DNA of 64,000 bases, taken from the NCBI GenBank assembly GCA_046483385.1, contig JAWODG010000026.1:26816-90815 (forward strand), written 5' to 3'. The stretch comes from Candidatus Brocadiia bacterium. GTDB lineage: Bacteria > Planctomycetota > Brocadiia > SM23-32. Below the pieces are notes generated by a model. It did not search any database. It saw nothing but the letters and a program-made list of their open reading frames with translations, and was not told the origin of the DNA. Every line of letters begins with the position of its first letter. The stretch's first letter is position 1. This document shows, one piece after another, positions 15,940-25,243 of this stretch. The position numbers were made by a program, and so were the translations under genes.

Positions 15940-18924
15940 ATGCAATACAGAATCGAAGTCATACACAAGCAAAACTGCAAGGACCCCGAGGGCCTCAGCG
16001 CACTGGCCGACGTGCGCGACCTGGGCATCGAGGGCGTGGTGGACATCCGCGCCGTCAACGTCTATCTGGTGGACGGCGAACTGGACCGGCAGCAGGTGCG
16101 CCGACTCACCGAGAGGCTGTTTCTCGACCCCGTGGTGCAGCAGTACCGTGTATGCGGTCCCGAGCAGGAGAGCTGGCCGTGGGCAGAGGAAGGACAGGTC
16201 CACTCCATCGAGGTCAAGCGCAAGCCCGGCGTCATGGACACCGTTCAACAGAGCGCCCTCAAGGGGGCCGAGGACCTGGGACTGGCCGACGGCATCGAGG
16301 CCATCCGGACGGCGGAGAAATACCTCATCCGCGGTGACCTCACCGGAGATGAGCTGGAGAGCATCGCGTGGAAAGCCCTGGCTAACGACACCATCGAGGA
16401 AGTCCACATCGACGAGCCGGAGGTGGACTACCCGCTTCACCACCTGGAGTACGACTTCGAACTCGTCCGCGTGCCCATCCGTGATGCCGACGATGAGGAG
16501 TTGATGCGCATCAGCCGGGAGGGCGTCCTCAGCCTCACGCTGGAGGAGATGAAGGTCATCCAGGACCACTTCCGCAACGAAGGGCGCGACCCGACGGACC
16601 TGGAGCTGGAGATCCTCGCCCAGACGTGGAGCGAGCACTGCGTCCACAAGACCCTCAAGGGCCACATCACCTACGAGGGACCCGTGCCCGCGGGATGGGA
16701 GGAGTTCGTTGACGGTGAAGGCCGGCTCGTCATCGACAACCTGCTGGCCCAGACCGTGGCCCGCGCCACTCACGAATTGAACAAGCCGTGGTGCATCAGC
16801 GTGTTCAAAGACAACGCCGGCATCATCGGGTTCGACGAGGATTACGGCGTCTGCTTCAAGGTGGAGACGCACAACCACCCCAGTGCCATAGAACCCTACG
16901 GCGGCGCGAACACGGGCATCGGGGGGGTCATCCGCGACCCGCTGGGTACCGGCCTCGGCGCCAAACCGGTCATGAACACCGACGTGTTCTGCTTCGGCCC
17001 GCCGGACATGCCGGAGGAGGATGTGCCACCGGGGGCGCTGCACCCGCTGCGCGTGATGAAGGGCGTTGTCGCCGGGGTGCGCGACTACGGCAACCGCATG
17101 GGTATCCCCACCGCCAACGGCGCGGTCTACTTCGACGAACGCTACACCGGCAACCCCCTCGTGTACTGCGGCAACATCGGCATCATCCCCCGAGACCGGG
17201 TCGAGAAGGCGCCGCAGGAAGGCGACCACGTCGTTGTGGTGGGCGGGCGAACCGGCCGCGACGGCATCCACGGGGCAACCTTCTCGTCGGTCGAGCTGAC
17301 CAGCGAGAGCGAGGAAGTCTCCAGCGGGGCCGTCCAGATCGGTAACCCCATCACCGAGAAAAAGGTCGTCGACACGTTGCTGGAGGCGCGCGACCGGGGG
17401 CTTTACACCGCATTGACCGACTGCGGCGCGGGCGGTCTGAGCTGCGCCGTCGGCGAGATGGGTGAGCACACGGGCGTCCGAGCCGAAATCCAGGAGGTGC
17501 CCCTGAAGTACAAAGGCCTCTCCTACACGGAGATATGGATATCGGAGGCCCAGGAGCGCATGGTCCTCTCGGTCCCCCCCGAACACCTGGATGAGCTGCT
17601 GAACGTATTCGAGAGCGAGAACGTCGAGGCTACGGTCATCGGGCGGTTCACCGGAGACGAGCGCCTGAAAGTGCAGTACGGCGGGAACGTGGTGGCCGAG
17701 ATGGATATGGAATTCGTCCACAACGGCCTGCCCCGCTTCCACGGGAACGCGCGCTGGGAACCCACGGAGCGGCCCGATCCGCTGGTCGAGGATTCCTGGA
17801 CCGCCGAGACCGAAGCGGCCTGCCGGGCGGCACTGCGGGGACCGGAAGACTACGCCGAGACGCTGGAGCGCATCCTCGCCGCGCCCAATGTTCGCTCCAA
17901 GGAATGGATAGTTCGGCAGTACGACCACGAAGTCCAGGGCCAGACCGTCATCAAGCCCCTGGTGGGCGTCGAGAACGACGGGCCCGGCGACGCGGCGGTC
18001 ATCACCCCCCTCCTCGGTTCCGCTCGGGGCGTGGCGGTCGGCTGCGGGCTGAACCCCAAATACGGGGACATCGACGCCTATCACTCGGCCGCCTCGGCCA
18101 TGGACGAGGCGCTGCGCAACATCACCGCAGTCGGAGGTTCCATAGACAAGACGGCCATCCTGGACAACTTCTGCTGGGGCAACACCCGTCGGCCCGAGCA
18201 GCTCGGCACGCTGGTGCGCGCCGCCCTCGCCTGCTACGACTACGCCGTCGGGTTCGGCGTGCCCTTCATCAGCGGCAAGGACAGCCTGAACAATGAGTTC
18301 AACACCGGTGAGGAAGTCATCAGCGTCCCCCCTACCCTCCTGATAAGCGCCATCAGCGTGGTGGAAGACGTCCGCCGGTGCGTCACCATGGACCTGAAGA
18401 GCAACGAGAGCCTCGTCTACGTCGTCGGGGCAACCTTGCCCGAACTCGGCGGGTCACATTACATGGAACTGTTCGACCTGACGGGCATGACGGTGCCGCA
18501 GGTGCGGATGCCGAGCGCCGCGCAGACCATGCGCACCGTCCACAGAGCTATACAGGAGGGTCTGGCGCTGTCGTGCCACGACCTGAGCGAGGGCGGTCTT
18601 CTGGCGGCGGCCGCCGAGATGGCCTTTGCCGGCGGGATCGGGATGGAACTGGAGTTGGCGGCTGTTCCCTACGACGGCCCCGAGGCCCAGCGTCTGGACC
18701 CCGTGCTCTGTTTTGCCGAATCCAACAGCCGGTTCCTGGTAGAGGTGGCCCCGGACCGACGGGAGGAATTCGAGCAGACCTGCGGCGACCTCCCGATAGG
18801 TCTGATCGGGCGGACGACCGCGGAGCAGAGCCTGACCGTGCGCGGGATCGACGGCAACACGTTATTCACGGACGGGTTGGAACGGCTCAAGGCCGCCTGG
18901 CAGACACCGCTGGTGCCGCACTGA
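15940..18924 (+). CDS. purL: FGAM synthase subunit PurL with two N-terminal PurS-like domains (PurS-PurS-PurL fusion, no glutaminase domain)
   Basis: ATG at 15940. Two PurS-like modules of about 85 aa each (MQYRIEVIHKQNCKDPEG... and HSIEVKRKPGVMDT...) precede the PurL core (WSEHCVHKT, ETHNHPSAIEPYGGA, GRDGIHGATFSS). The first 306 codons of the 1300-aa track ORF overlap tyrA out of frame and are rejected. Confidence 0.9.
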   Translation: MQYRIEVIHKQNCKDPEGLSALADVRDLGIEGVVDIRAVNVYLVDGELDRQQVRRLTERLFLDPVVQQYRVCGPEQESWPWAEEGQVHSIEVKRKPGVMDTVQQSALKGAEDLGLADGIEAIRTAEKYLIRGDLTGDELESIAWKALANDTIEEVHIDEPEVDYPLHHLEYDFELVRVPIRDADDEELMRISREGVLSLTLEEMKVIQDHFRNEGRDPTDLELEILAQTWSEHCVHKTLKGHITYEGPVPAGWEEFVDGEGRLVIDNLLAQTVARATHELNKPWCISVFKDNAGIIGFDEDYGVCFKVETHNHPSAIEPYGGANTGIGGVIRDPLGTGLGAKPVMNTDVFCFGPPDMPEEDVPPGALHPLRVMKGVVAGVRDYGNRMGIPTANGAVYFDERYTGNPLVYCGNIGIIPRDRVEKAPQEGDHVVVVGGRTGRDGIHGATFSSVELTSESEEVSSGAVQIGNPITEKKVVDTLLEARDRGLYTALTDCGAGGLSCAVGEMGEHTGVRAEIQEVPLKYKGLSYTEIWISEAQERMVLSVPPEHLDELLNVFESENVEATVIGRFTGDERLKVQYGGNVVAEMDMEFVHNGLPRFHGNARWEPTERPDPLVEDSWTAETEAACRAALRGPEDYAETLERILAAPNVRSKEWIVRQYDHEVQGQTVIKPLVGVENDGPGDAAVITPLLGSARGVAVGCGLNPKYGDIDAYHSAASAMDEALRNITAVGGSIDKTAILDNFCWGNTRRPEQLGTLVRAALACYDYAVGFGVPFISGKDSLNNEFNTGEEVISVPPTLLISAISVVEDVRRCVTMDLKSNESLVYVVGATLPELGGSHYMELFDLTGMTVPQVRMPSAAQTMRTVHRAIQEGLALSCHDLSEGGLLAAAAEMAFAGGIGMELELAAVPYDGPEAQRLDPVLCFAESNSRFLVEVAPDRREEFEQTCGDLPIGLIGRTTAEQSLTVRGIDGNTLFTDGLERLKAAWQTPLVPH

Positions 18925-19030
18925 ATCGGCGTCGGCGGATTGCACAGGTGCGTAAGCCCCTGAGTGGCGGCTGTTTCGGAAAGCGCCCCGGGCAGGTGCG
19001 GGAATAATGTGCCTTTTCGGCGGGTTTAGC

Positions 19031-19059
19031 TTGACAGACCGCCACAGTGTCTATACAAT
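19031..19059 (+). promoter_or_regulatory. consensus sigma70-type promoter upstream of nusA
   Basis: TTGACA (19031-19036), a 17-nt spacer, then TACAAT (19054-19059), in a locally AT-richer intergenic region 172 nt before the nusA ATG. Confidence 0.55.
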
Positions 19060-19230
19060 ACAAGAGGTGAAGTGTTTGCATCGATAGAGCGTACGCGTAA
19101 GCGCTTACGGACTTAGACGACGGTTTTGGTTTTGGGCTCCGGTGTACTGCCCACGTGAGCAGTGGCATCCTGCGGAGATTGGCTTTCCGTCGGGTGGGCG
19201 GAACACCTTTTTTTGTCCCGGGGCGGGAAA

Positions 19231-20559
19231 ATGCAAGGCAAAGAGATTCTGCGGCTCGTCGATAGCCTCCACCGGAACAAGGACATCGACGTCGAGGTGA
19301 TCTTCCAGGCCATCGAAAGCGCCCTGCAGTCGGCGGCCAAGAAGCACTTCGGCACCGACGAGGACATCACGATCCAGATAGATCGTGAGACCGGCGACGT
19401 CGCGGCCATCAAAGGTGAAGAGCGGATCGAGCCGGAGATGCTCGGCCGCATCGCCGCCCAGACCGCCAAGCAGATCATTATCCAGAAGATCCGCGAGGCG
19501 GAAAGCCAGACCATCTACGAGGAGTACATCGAACAGGTCGGCGACCTCATCACCGGCAGCGTGCAGCGGTTCGAGGGCGGCTCTATCATCGTCAATCTGA
19601 TGCGCACCGAGGCGATACTTCCCCGCTCCGAGCAGATACCCGGTGAGCACTATCAAGCAGGTGAACGCGTGCGCGCGATCATTCTGGATGTGCGCCAGCA
19701 GAACAGCCTGGTGAAGATATTCCTCTCGCGCACCAGTCCGGACTTCATCCGCCGCCTGTTTGAACTGGAAGTGCCCGAGGTGGCGGAGGGAGTCGTACAG
19801 ATACGCAAGATAGCTCGCGAGCCGGGACTCCGGACGAAGGTGGCCGTCGAGAGCCTGGACGCCCGCGTGGACGCCATCGGAGCTTGTGTCGGCGTCCGAG
19901 GCACCCGGATCAAGAGCATCATCGACGAGGTCAAGGGCGAGAAGATCGACATCATCCCGTGGAGCGAGGCGCCGGAGACGCTGATCGCCGACAGCCTCCG
20001 CCCGGCCGACATACTCCAGATCACTCTGGAGGAAGGCGAGACCACAAAGCGCGCCATCGTGACGGTCCCGGAGGACCAGCTCTCCCTCGCCATCGGATGG
20101 AAGGGGCAGAACGTCCGCCTGGCCGTCAAGATGACGGGATGGGACATTGACATCGTGCCTCCCGAGGTGGAGGAAGAGGAAGAGGAACAGGCGGAAGAAC
20201 TGGAACAGGGACCGGACGCCGAGACGCAGACACCGGAGCCGGTTGCGGAGCCACCGGCGACCGACGTGGAGGAAGAACAGGAGCAGGAAAAACTCGAAGA
20301 AGAACCGGTCGCAGAGACGCAGACACCGGAGCCGGTTGCGGAGCCACCGGCGACCGACGTGGAGGAAGAACAGGAGCAGGAAGAACTCGAAGAAGAACCG
20401 GTCGCAGAGACCAACTTGCCCGATGCTGTCGACGAGCAACCGCCGACCGGCGTGCAGGAAGAAGAGCAGAGCCTGGAGACCCAGGAATCCGAGCGGGGCG
20501 TGGCTGCCGCCGAGGAAGAGGTGGAACAGCCGGAGGCTGACCTCACGACCGAAGGTTGA
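19231..20559 (+). CDS. nusA: transcription termination/antitermination factor NusA with acidic repeat tail
   Basis: The ATG at 19231 gives MQGKEILRLVDSLHRNKDIDVEVIFQAIESAL (NusA N-terminus). S1 and KH regions follow (GSVQRFEGGSIIVNL; GACVGVRGTRIKSI; IGWKGQNVRLA). The C-terminal 100 aa or so is E/P/Q-rich. Confidence 0.9.
   Translation: MQGKEILRLVDSLHRNKDIDVEVIFQAIESALQSAAKKHFGTDEDITIQIDRETGDVAAIKGEERIEPEMLGRIAAQTAKQIIIQKIREAESQTIYEEYIEQVGDLITGSVQRFEGGSIIVNLMRTEAILPRSEQIPGEHYQAGERVRAIILDVRQQNSLVKIFLSRTSPDFIRRLFELEVPEVAEGVVQIRKIAREPGLRTKVAVESLDARVDAIGACVGVRGTRIKSIIDEVKGEKIDIIPWSEAPETLIADSLRPADILQITLEEGETTKRAIVTVPEDQLSLAIGWKGQNVRLAVKMTGWDIDIVPPEVEEEEEEQAEELEQGPDAETQTPEPVAEPPATDVEEEQEQEKLEEEPVAETQTPEPVAEPPATDVEEEQEQEELEEEPVAETNLPDAVDEQPPTGVQEEEQSLETQESERGVAAAEEEVEQPEADLTTEG
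20221..20406 (+). repeat. 2 x 93-bp in-frame direct tandem repeat within the nusA 3' region
   Basis: Copy 1 (20221-20313) and copy 2 (20314-20406) are identical except for one base (A at 20290 versus G at 20383, K to E). Each encodes ETQTPEPVAEPPATDVEEEQEQE(K/E)LEEEPVA. Confidence 0.95.
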
Positions 20560-20653
20560 CCGCCCGTGCGTCCTTGACCCCGTGGCGTGGACGGGGCGCA
20601 ATCCGCCCGGCTTCGCCCCAACGTATGTTGGCCTAAAAGAGCAGGTGATCGCA

Positions 20654-22957
20654 GTGTCAGAAAACGTGAAAATCTACGAAATCGCCCGTAACGTCGGCAT
20701 CAGCAGTGGCGAACTGCTGGAGATATGCGAGCGCGCGGGCTTCGACGACATAACACACCACTCCAACGCCGTTTCCCCCGAGCGAGCTGAGGAGATACGG
20801 AAGGCGGCTATCCGACTTTACAAGCCTAAACAGGCCCCGGTCATTAAGCCGGAACGGAAGGCCAGGAAACCAAAGAAGAAGGAAGCGAAAGCGAAGGCCA
20901 AGGAAAAGGCGGCGGGCGAGAAGAAGGCCGAACCCGAAAAGAAGATGCCCTCCACCCGGGATGTGAAACCTGTGCCGCCGCCGGCCCCCAGAGGCTCCGC
21001 CGCGCGTGCCGAAACGGTCGAGGAGGCCGAAAAGGAGGTCCAGCGTCGCAAACAGAAGAAACGCCGTAAGGACAGCGATGGCAAACCGGAGAAGGAGAAG
21101 ATCCGCAAACGGACTATCGTCTTCAAGCAGCCCAAGAAGCCGCGGCCGAAGAAGAAGCGCGAGACAAAGATCGAGATGACCACCCCGGTCACCGTGCGGG
21201 ACCTTTCCGAGCGAATCGGCGTGCCGGCCAGCGAGATCATCAAAGAACTCATGTTCGAGCACGGTGTGCGGGCCAGCATCACCCAGACCATGGATGATGA
21301 GCTGGTCGAGATGATCGGACTCTCGCACGATGTCGAGATCACCCTGACCGAACCCAAGAGCGCCGAGGACATTCTGCTGGAGTCCCTGCCGGAAGACGAA
21401 CCTGAGGACCTGGAGCCCCGGCCGCCGGTGATAGCCCTGCTCGGGCACGTGGACCACGGCAAGACTACCATTCTGGACCAGATCCGGCACACACACGTTG
21501 CCGAGTCCGAGGCCGGCGGCATCACCCAGGACATCGCCGCATGGCAGGTTGCCACCGATGGCCAGCGGCTGACCTTCATCGACACCCCCGGGCATGAAGC
21601 CTTCACCGCTATGCGCGCCCGCGGGGCCAAGATTACTGACGTCGTGATTCTGGTTGTGGCGGCCGACGACGGCGTGATGCCCCAGACGGTTGAGGCCATC
21701 GACCACGCCCGCGCCGCCGAGGTGCCCATCGTGGTGGCCGTCAATAAGATCGACCGTCCCGACGCCAACCCCATGCGGGTGAGACAGCAGCTCTCGAGCC
21801 AGGACCTGGTGGTGGAGGACTGGGGCGGCGAAGTGGGCTGCGTGGACGTGAGCGGCCTGACCGGCGAAGGCATTGACGAATTGCTTGAGCGCGTGGCACT
21901 GGAGGCCGAGATCCTGGAGGTCAAAGCCAACCCCAACCGCAACGCATCGGGTGCCGTGCTGGAGGCCCGGGTGGAGCCCGGTCTCGGCGTGATGGCCGAG
22001 ATTATCGTTCAGAATGGCACGCTGCACACTGGCGACACGCTGGTCTGCGGCAACGCCTTCGGCTCGGTCAGGTCCATGCGGAACGATCGGGGCGAGGAGA
22101 TCGAGGAGGCGACCCCCGGACAGCCGGTCGCCGTTGCCGGGCTGGACAAGGTGCCCGAGGCGGGCGAAGCCTTCCTGGTGGTAGACGATCAGGAGACGGC
22201 CCGCAAGGTCGCCGGCGAACGCGAAGAGCAGATACGGCGCCGCCGGCTGCAGAGCAACCGCCCCAAGGTCACGCTGGAGAACCTCTACGACCGCATCCAG
22301 AGCGGCGAGACTCAGCAACTGCGGATCGTCCTGAAGGGTGATGTCCAGGGCTCGCTCGACCCGCTGGTGCAAAGCCTCAACGATCTGGGCAATGAGGAAG
22401 TCTCTGTGCGCATCATCCACAGCAGCGTCGGCGACGTCACCACAAGCGACGTGGTGCTGGCCGAGGCCTCCGATGCGCTGATAGTCGCCTTCCGCGTGCG
22501 CGAGGACGAGAAAGTGCGGGAGATGGCCTCGGCGCGCGGCGTCGAGGTACGGCATTACGACGTCATCTACGACGTGATCGACGAAGTGCGCAGCGCCCTT
22601 GAAGGGCTGCTGGCACCGGAGAAGAAGGAGGAACGACTCGGAGTCGCCGAGGTCCGCCAGACATTCAGCATCAGCCGCTACGGGACGATCGCCGGCTGCT
22701 ATGTGCTGGACGGCACGATCCAGAGGAACGGCCGCGTGCGCGTGCGCCGTGACGGCGAGGTCATCCACGACGGCACCATGGCCTCGCTGCGACAGGAAAA
22801 GAATGATGTCCGCCAGGTCGAGAGCGGCCGCGAGTGCGGCATCAATATACAGGGTTTCAACAACGTCCAGGTGGGGGACGTTATCGAGTGCTATCAGGTC
22901 GTGACCGTGAAGCGCACGCTCTCGGCCACGCAGGCCGGAGAGAGGTCCGGCTCCTGA
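20654..22957 (+). CDS. infB: translation initiation factor IF-2
   Basis: GTG at 20654 gives (M)SENVKIYEIARNVGISSGELLEICERAG (IF2 N-domain). G-domain motifs are GHVDHGKT, DTPGH and NKID. GTG at 20645 or 20666 are alternative starts. The track ORF from 20147 overlaps nusA and is rejected. Confidence 0.9.
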   Translation: MSENVKIYEIARNVGISSGELLEICERAGFDDITHHSNAVSPERAEEIRKAAIRLYKPKQAPVIKPERKARKPKKKEAKAKAKEKAAGEKKAEPEKKMPSTRDVKPVPPPAPRGSAARAETVEEAEKEVQRRKQKKRRKDSDGKPEKEKIRKRTIVFKQPKKPRPKKKRETKIEMTTPVTVRDLSERIGVPASEIIKELMFEHGVRASITQTMDDELVEMIGLSHDVEITLTEPKSAEDILLESLPEDEPEDLEPRPPVIALLGHVDHGKTTILDQIRHTHVAESEAGGITQDIAAWQVATDGQRLTFIDTPGHEAFTAMRARGAKITDVVILVVAADDGVMPQTVEAIDHARAAEVPIVVAVNKIDRPDANPMRVRQQLSSQDLVVEDWGGEVGCVDVSGLTGEGIDELLERVALEAEILEVKANPNRNASGAVLEARVEPGLGVMAEIIVQNGTLHTGDTLVCGNAFGSVRSMRNDRGEEIEEATPGQPVAVAGLDKVPEAGEAFLVVDDQETARKVAGEREEQIRRRRLQSNRPKVTLENLYDRIQSGETQQLRIVLKGDVQGSLDPLVQSLNDLGNEEVSVRIIHSSVGDVTTSDVVLAEASDALIVAFRVREDEKVREMASARGVEVRHYDVIYDVIDEVRSALEGLLAPEKKEERLGVAEVRQTFSISRYGTIAGCYVLDGTIQRNGRVRVRRDGEVIHDGTMASLRQEKNDVRQVESGRECGINIQGFNNVQVGDVIECYQVVTVKRTLSATQAGERSGS

Positions 22958-22984
22958 CCCTGCCGGCACCGCCCGCCGACGTAA

Positions 22985-23266
22985 ATGATAGTAGGAACAA
23001 TCGAGATTCGGCTGAGCCTGCATGACGCCCGGACCCTCAAGGACAAAAGGCGCATACTGGCCAGTCTGAAGGACCGTATACGCAACCGTTTCAACGTCAG
23101 CGTGGCCGAGGTCGATAACAACGATCTCATTCAGAGCGCTGTGCTGGGGGTCGCCCACGTTGCCAACAACAGCCGCTACGTTGACAGCACCCTGAACAAG
23201 CTCGTTGACCACGTCCGCACCTTTCCGGCTGCAAGCCTGGTGGATTACTCGATCATTATCACTTAG
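22985..23266 (+). CDS. DUF503 (YlxP-like) protein
   Basis: 93-aa protein starting MIVGTIEIRLSLHDARTLKDKRRILASLKDRIRNRFNVSVAEV, in the classic position between infB and rbfA. Confidence 0.8.
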   Translation: MIVGTIEIRLSLHDARTLKDKRRILASLKDRIRNRFNVSVAEVDNNDLIQSAVLGVAHVANNSRYVDSTLNKLVDHVRTFPAASLVDYSIIIT

Positions 23267-23280
23267 CCCCGTGCCCACCG

Positions 23281-23643
23281 ATGAATCCCAGAAAGAAACG
23301 AAGGATCGAAGAACTGCTGCGCCGGGAACTGAGCACGATTATGCTCTACGAGTTGCGCGACCCGCGGGCGGGGTTCGTCACCGTGACCGGCGTCGAGCTG
23401 AGCGAAGACCAGCGGTCCGCCAAGGTCCTGGTCACCGTCCGGGGTACCGATGAAGAAACCGAGCAAACGCTCGAGACGCTCGGCCACGCACACGGTTTCA
23501 TGCAGAGGCTGATCGGCGAACGGCTGGAACTGCGCTACACGCCGGTTCTCAGCTTCGAGGAAGACACCGAAATGCAGGAAGCCTTGCGGTTGGAGGCGCT
23601 CATAGACCGGGCACGGCGCGAGGACCGCGAGTATAAATCGTAA
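23281..23643 (+). CDS. rbfA: ribosome-binding factor A
   Basis: Contains RIEELLRRELSTIMLYELRDPRAGFVTVTGVELSEDQRSAKVLV, a typical RbfA sequence. Confidence 0.9.
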   Translation: MNPRKKRRIEELLRRELSTIMLYELRDPRAGFVTVTGVELSEDQRSAKVLVTVRGTDEETEQTLETLGHAHGFMQRLIGERLELRYTPVLSFEEDTEMQEALRLEALIDRARREDREYKS

Positions 23644-23665
23644 CCCAGACGAAAGGCCGTCCACT

Positions 23666-24355
23666 GTGCCAACCCTTGAAAGCAAAGAGAAGCAGGCCGA
23701 CCGGCTGGTCGAACTGGCCGTTGACAAACACGGCGAGCTGAAAGGACGCAAGACCCGTCCTCCCCTGAACCAGCTCATCCTCAGCATCTTCTATCACATG
23801 ACCAGTGTGCGGCGCGCGACCCGGGCCCTTCGGCAGTTGAAACGCACGTTCGTGGACTGGAACGAGCTGAGAATCAGCCATCCGTCAGAAGTCGCGGGCG
23901 CCCTGTCCTCCGCGCGCTGGGCACGAATCGGGTCCGAACGCGTGCTGTGGGCCCTGCGGGAGCTGAACGACGCGTATCACCGCACCAGCCTGGACTTCCT
24001 GGAAGAGTTGACGCCGGCCCAGGCCCGCAGTTGCCTGAAAGGTCTGCCCACGGTTCAACGCTACCTGGCCGACGAGGTGCTGCTGTTGAGCCTCGATGTC
24101 CCCGTGCTGCCGCTGCCCCCCGCCACGGCGAGGATGTGTCACCGCTGCGGTCTGCTGGAGAACGACCGCGTTACGGTGAAGAACCAGCGCAGCCTCATGA
24201 AGCTTGTTGACAATGACTACTATGTTCCCCTGCACATGTTCTTCTGTGACGCGGCGGAAAGATACTGTCGTGCCGAAGCTCCAAAGTGCGACGAGTGCCC
24301 CCTTGACGGGAACTGCCCCTCCGCCCAGGAATTCATTTCCGAATCGGCCTCGTAA
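23666..24355 (+). CDS. endonuclease III-like HhH-GPD superfamily protein with [4Fe-4S] cluster loop
   Basis: The C-terminal CRAEAPKCDECPLDGNC has the exact C-x6-C-x2-C-x5-C spacing of the Nth/MutY FeS loop. A helix-hairpin-helix-like segment LKGLPTVQRYLADEVLL is present. The catalytic Lys/Asp could not be placed by eye. Confidence 0.7.
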   Translation: MPTLESKEKQADRLVELAVDKHGELKGRKTRPPLNQLILSIFYHMTSVRRATRALRQLKRTFVDWNELRISHPSEVAGALSSARWARIGSERVLWALRELNDAYHRTSLDFLEELTPAQARSCLKGLPTVQRYLADEVLLLSLDVPVLPLPPATARMCHRCGLLENDRVTVKNQRSLMKLVDNDYYVPLHMFFCDAAERYCRAEAPKCDECPLDGNCPSAQEFISESAS

Positions 24356-24370
24356 CAGCAGGATCTTCCC

Positions 24371-25243
24371 ATGAACCAGCTTGTTTTCGGCATCCCCAAG
24401 GGTAGTCTGCAGCAATCCACCCAACAACTTCTCCTGAAGGCCGGCTACCGCGTCGAGTTCAGCCATCGCTCTTACTATCCGGCCATCGACGATGACGAAA
24501 TAGACGCCCGTCTCATCAGGCCCCAGGACATGTCCCGCTTTGTGGAGCGAGGCGTCCTGGACGCCGGCCTGACCGGCGCCGACTGGGTGGCGGAGAACGA
24601 GAGCGACGTCGTCAGCGTCTGTGACCTGGTTTACGCCAAACAAGAGCTGACGCCCGTCCGGTGGGTCGTGGCCGTCGCCGCGGACTCGGACATCCAGTCG
24701 GTGGAGGACCTGCACGGCAAGCGTATCAGCACCGAGTTGGTCAACGTCACGCGTCAATACCTGGCGGAGCACGGCGTCGAGGCGGAGGTCGAGTTCAGCC
24801 ACGGCGCGACCGAGACCAAGGTGCCCGACCTCGTGGACGGCATCGTGGAGCTGACCGAAACGGGCGCCAGCCTGCGCGCCAACAAACTGCGCATCGTCGA
24901 TACCGTCATGGAGAGCACCACGCAGCTTATCGCTTCACGCGAAGCGTGGGACGACAACTGGAAGCGCACCAAGATCGAGAACCTGGGCACGCTGCTCCAG
25001 GGGGCCGTCCTCGGCGAGAGCAAGGTGGGTCTGAAGATGAACGTCCCCAACGGCGCATTGCAGAAGGTGCTTTCCCTGCTGCCCGCCCTCCGCAACCCGA
25101 CGGTCAATAACCTGGCCGACGAGTCCGGCTACGCCGTCGAAACGGTTCTGGACGAGACGGTCGCCCGCGACCTGATTCCGCGGCTGAAACGAGCCGGTGC
25201 CGAGGGCATCATCGAGTACGCCCTCAACAAGGTCATCCTGTAA
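24371..25243 (+). CDS. hisG: ATP phosphoribosyltransferase (long form)
   Basis: Starts MNQLVFGIPKGSLQQSTQQLLLKAGY and contains RPQDMSRFVERGVLDAGLTGADW. The 290-aa length includes the C-terminal regulatory domain. Confidence 0.9.
   Translation: MNQLVFGIPKGSLQQSTQQLLLKAGYRVEFSHRSYYPAIDDDEIDARLIRPQDMSRFVERGVLDAGLTGADWVAENESDVVSVCDLVYAKQELTPVRWVVAVAADSDIQSVEDLHGKRISTELVNVTRQYLAEHGVEAEVEFSHGATETKVPDLVDGIVELTETGASLRANKLRIVDTVMESTTQLIASREAWDDNWKRTKIENLGTLLQGAVLGESKVGLKMNVPNGALQKVLSLLPALRNPTVNNLADESGYAVETVLDETVARDLIPRLKRAGAEGIIEYALNKVIL

Noticed and set aside
15805-18084. 759-aa minus-strand ORF antisense to purL. Similar long antisense ORFs occur at 11849-13543, 13685-15079, 19105-20601, 20657-23278, 48263-49474, 50003-51457, 52223-54286, 57910-59295, 59307-60224, 61952-63085 and 37960-39715.
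   Set aside because: Their composition is R/G/P/A/H/V-rich low-complexity sequence with no family motifs. Each is completely covered by an opposite-strand gene with strong conserved motifs. Long spurious ORFs are expected in GC-rich DNA, where stop codons are rare.
20147-20653. 169-codon N-terminal extension of the infB track ORF (K/R-rich).
   Set aside because: It is the +1 frame of the GAG/GAA-rich nusA tail, including the 93-bp repeat. The conserved IF-2 N-domain begins at the GTG at 20654.
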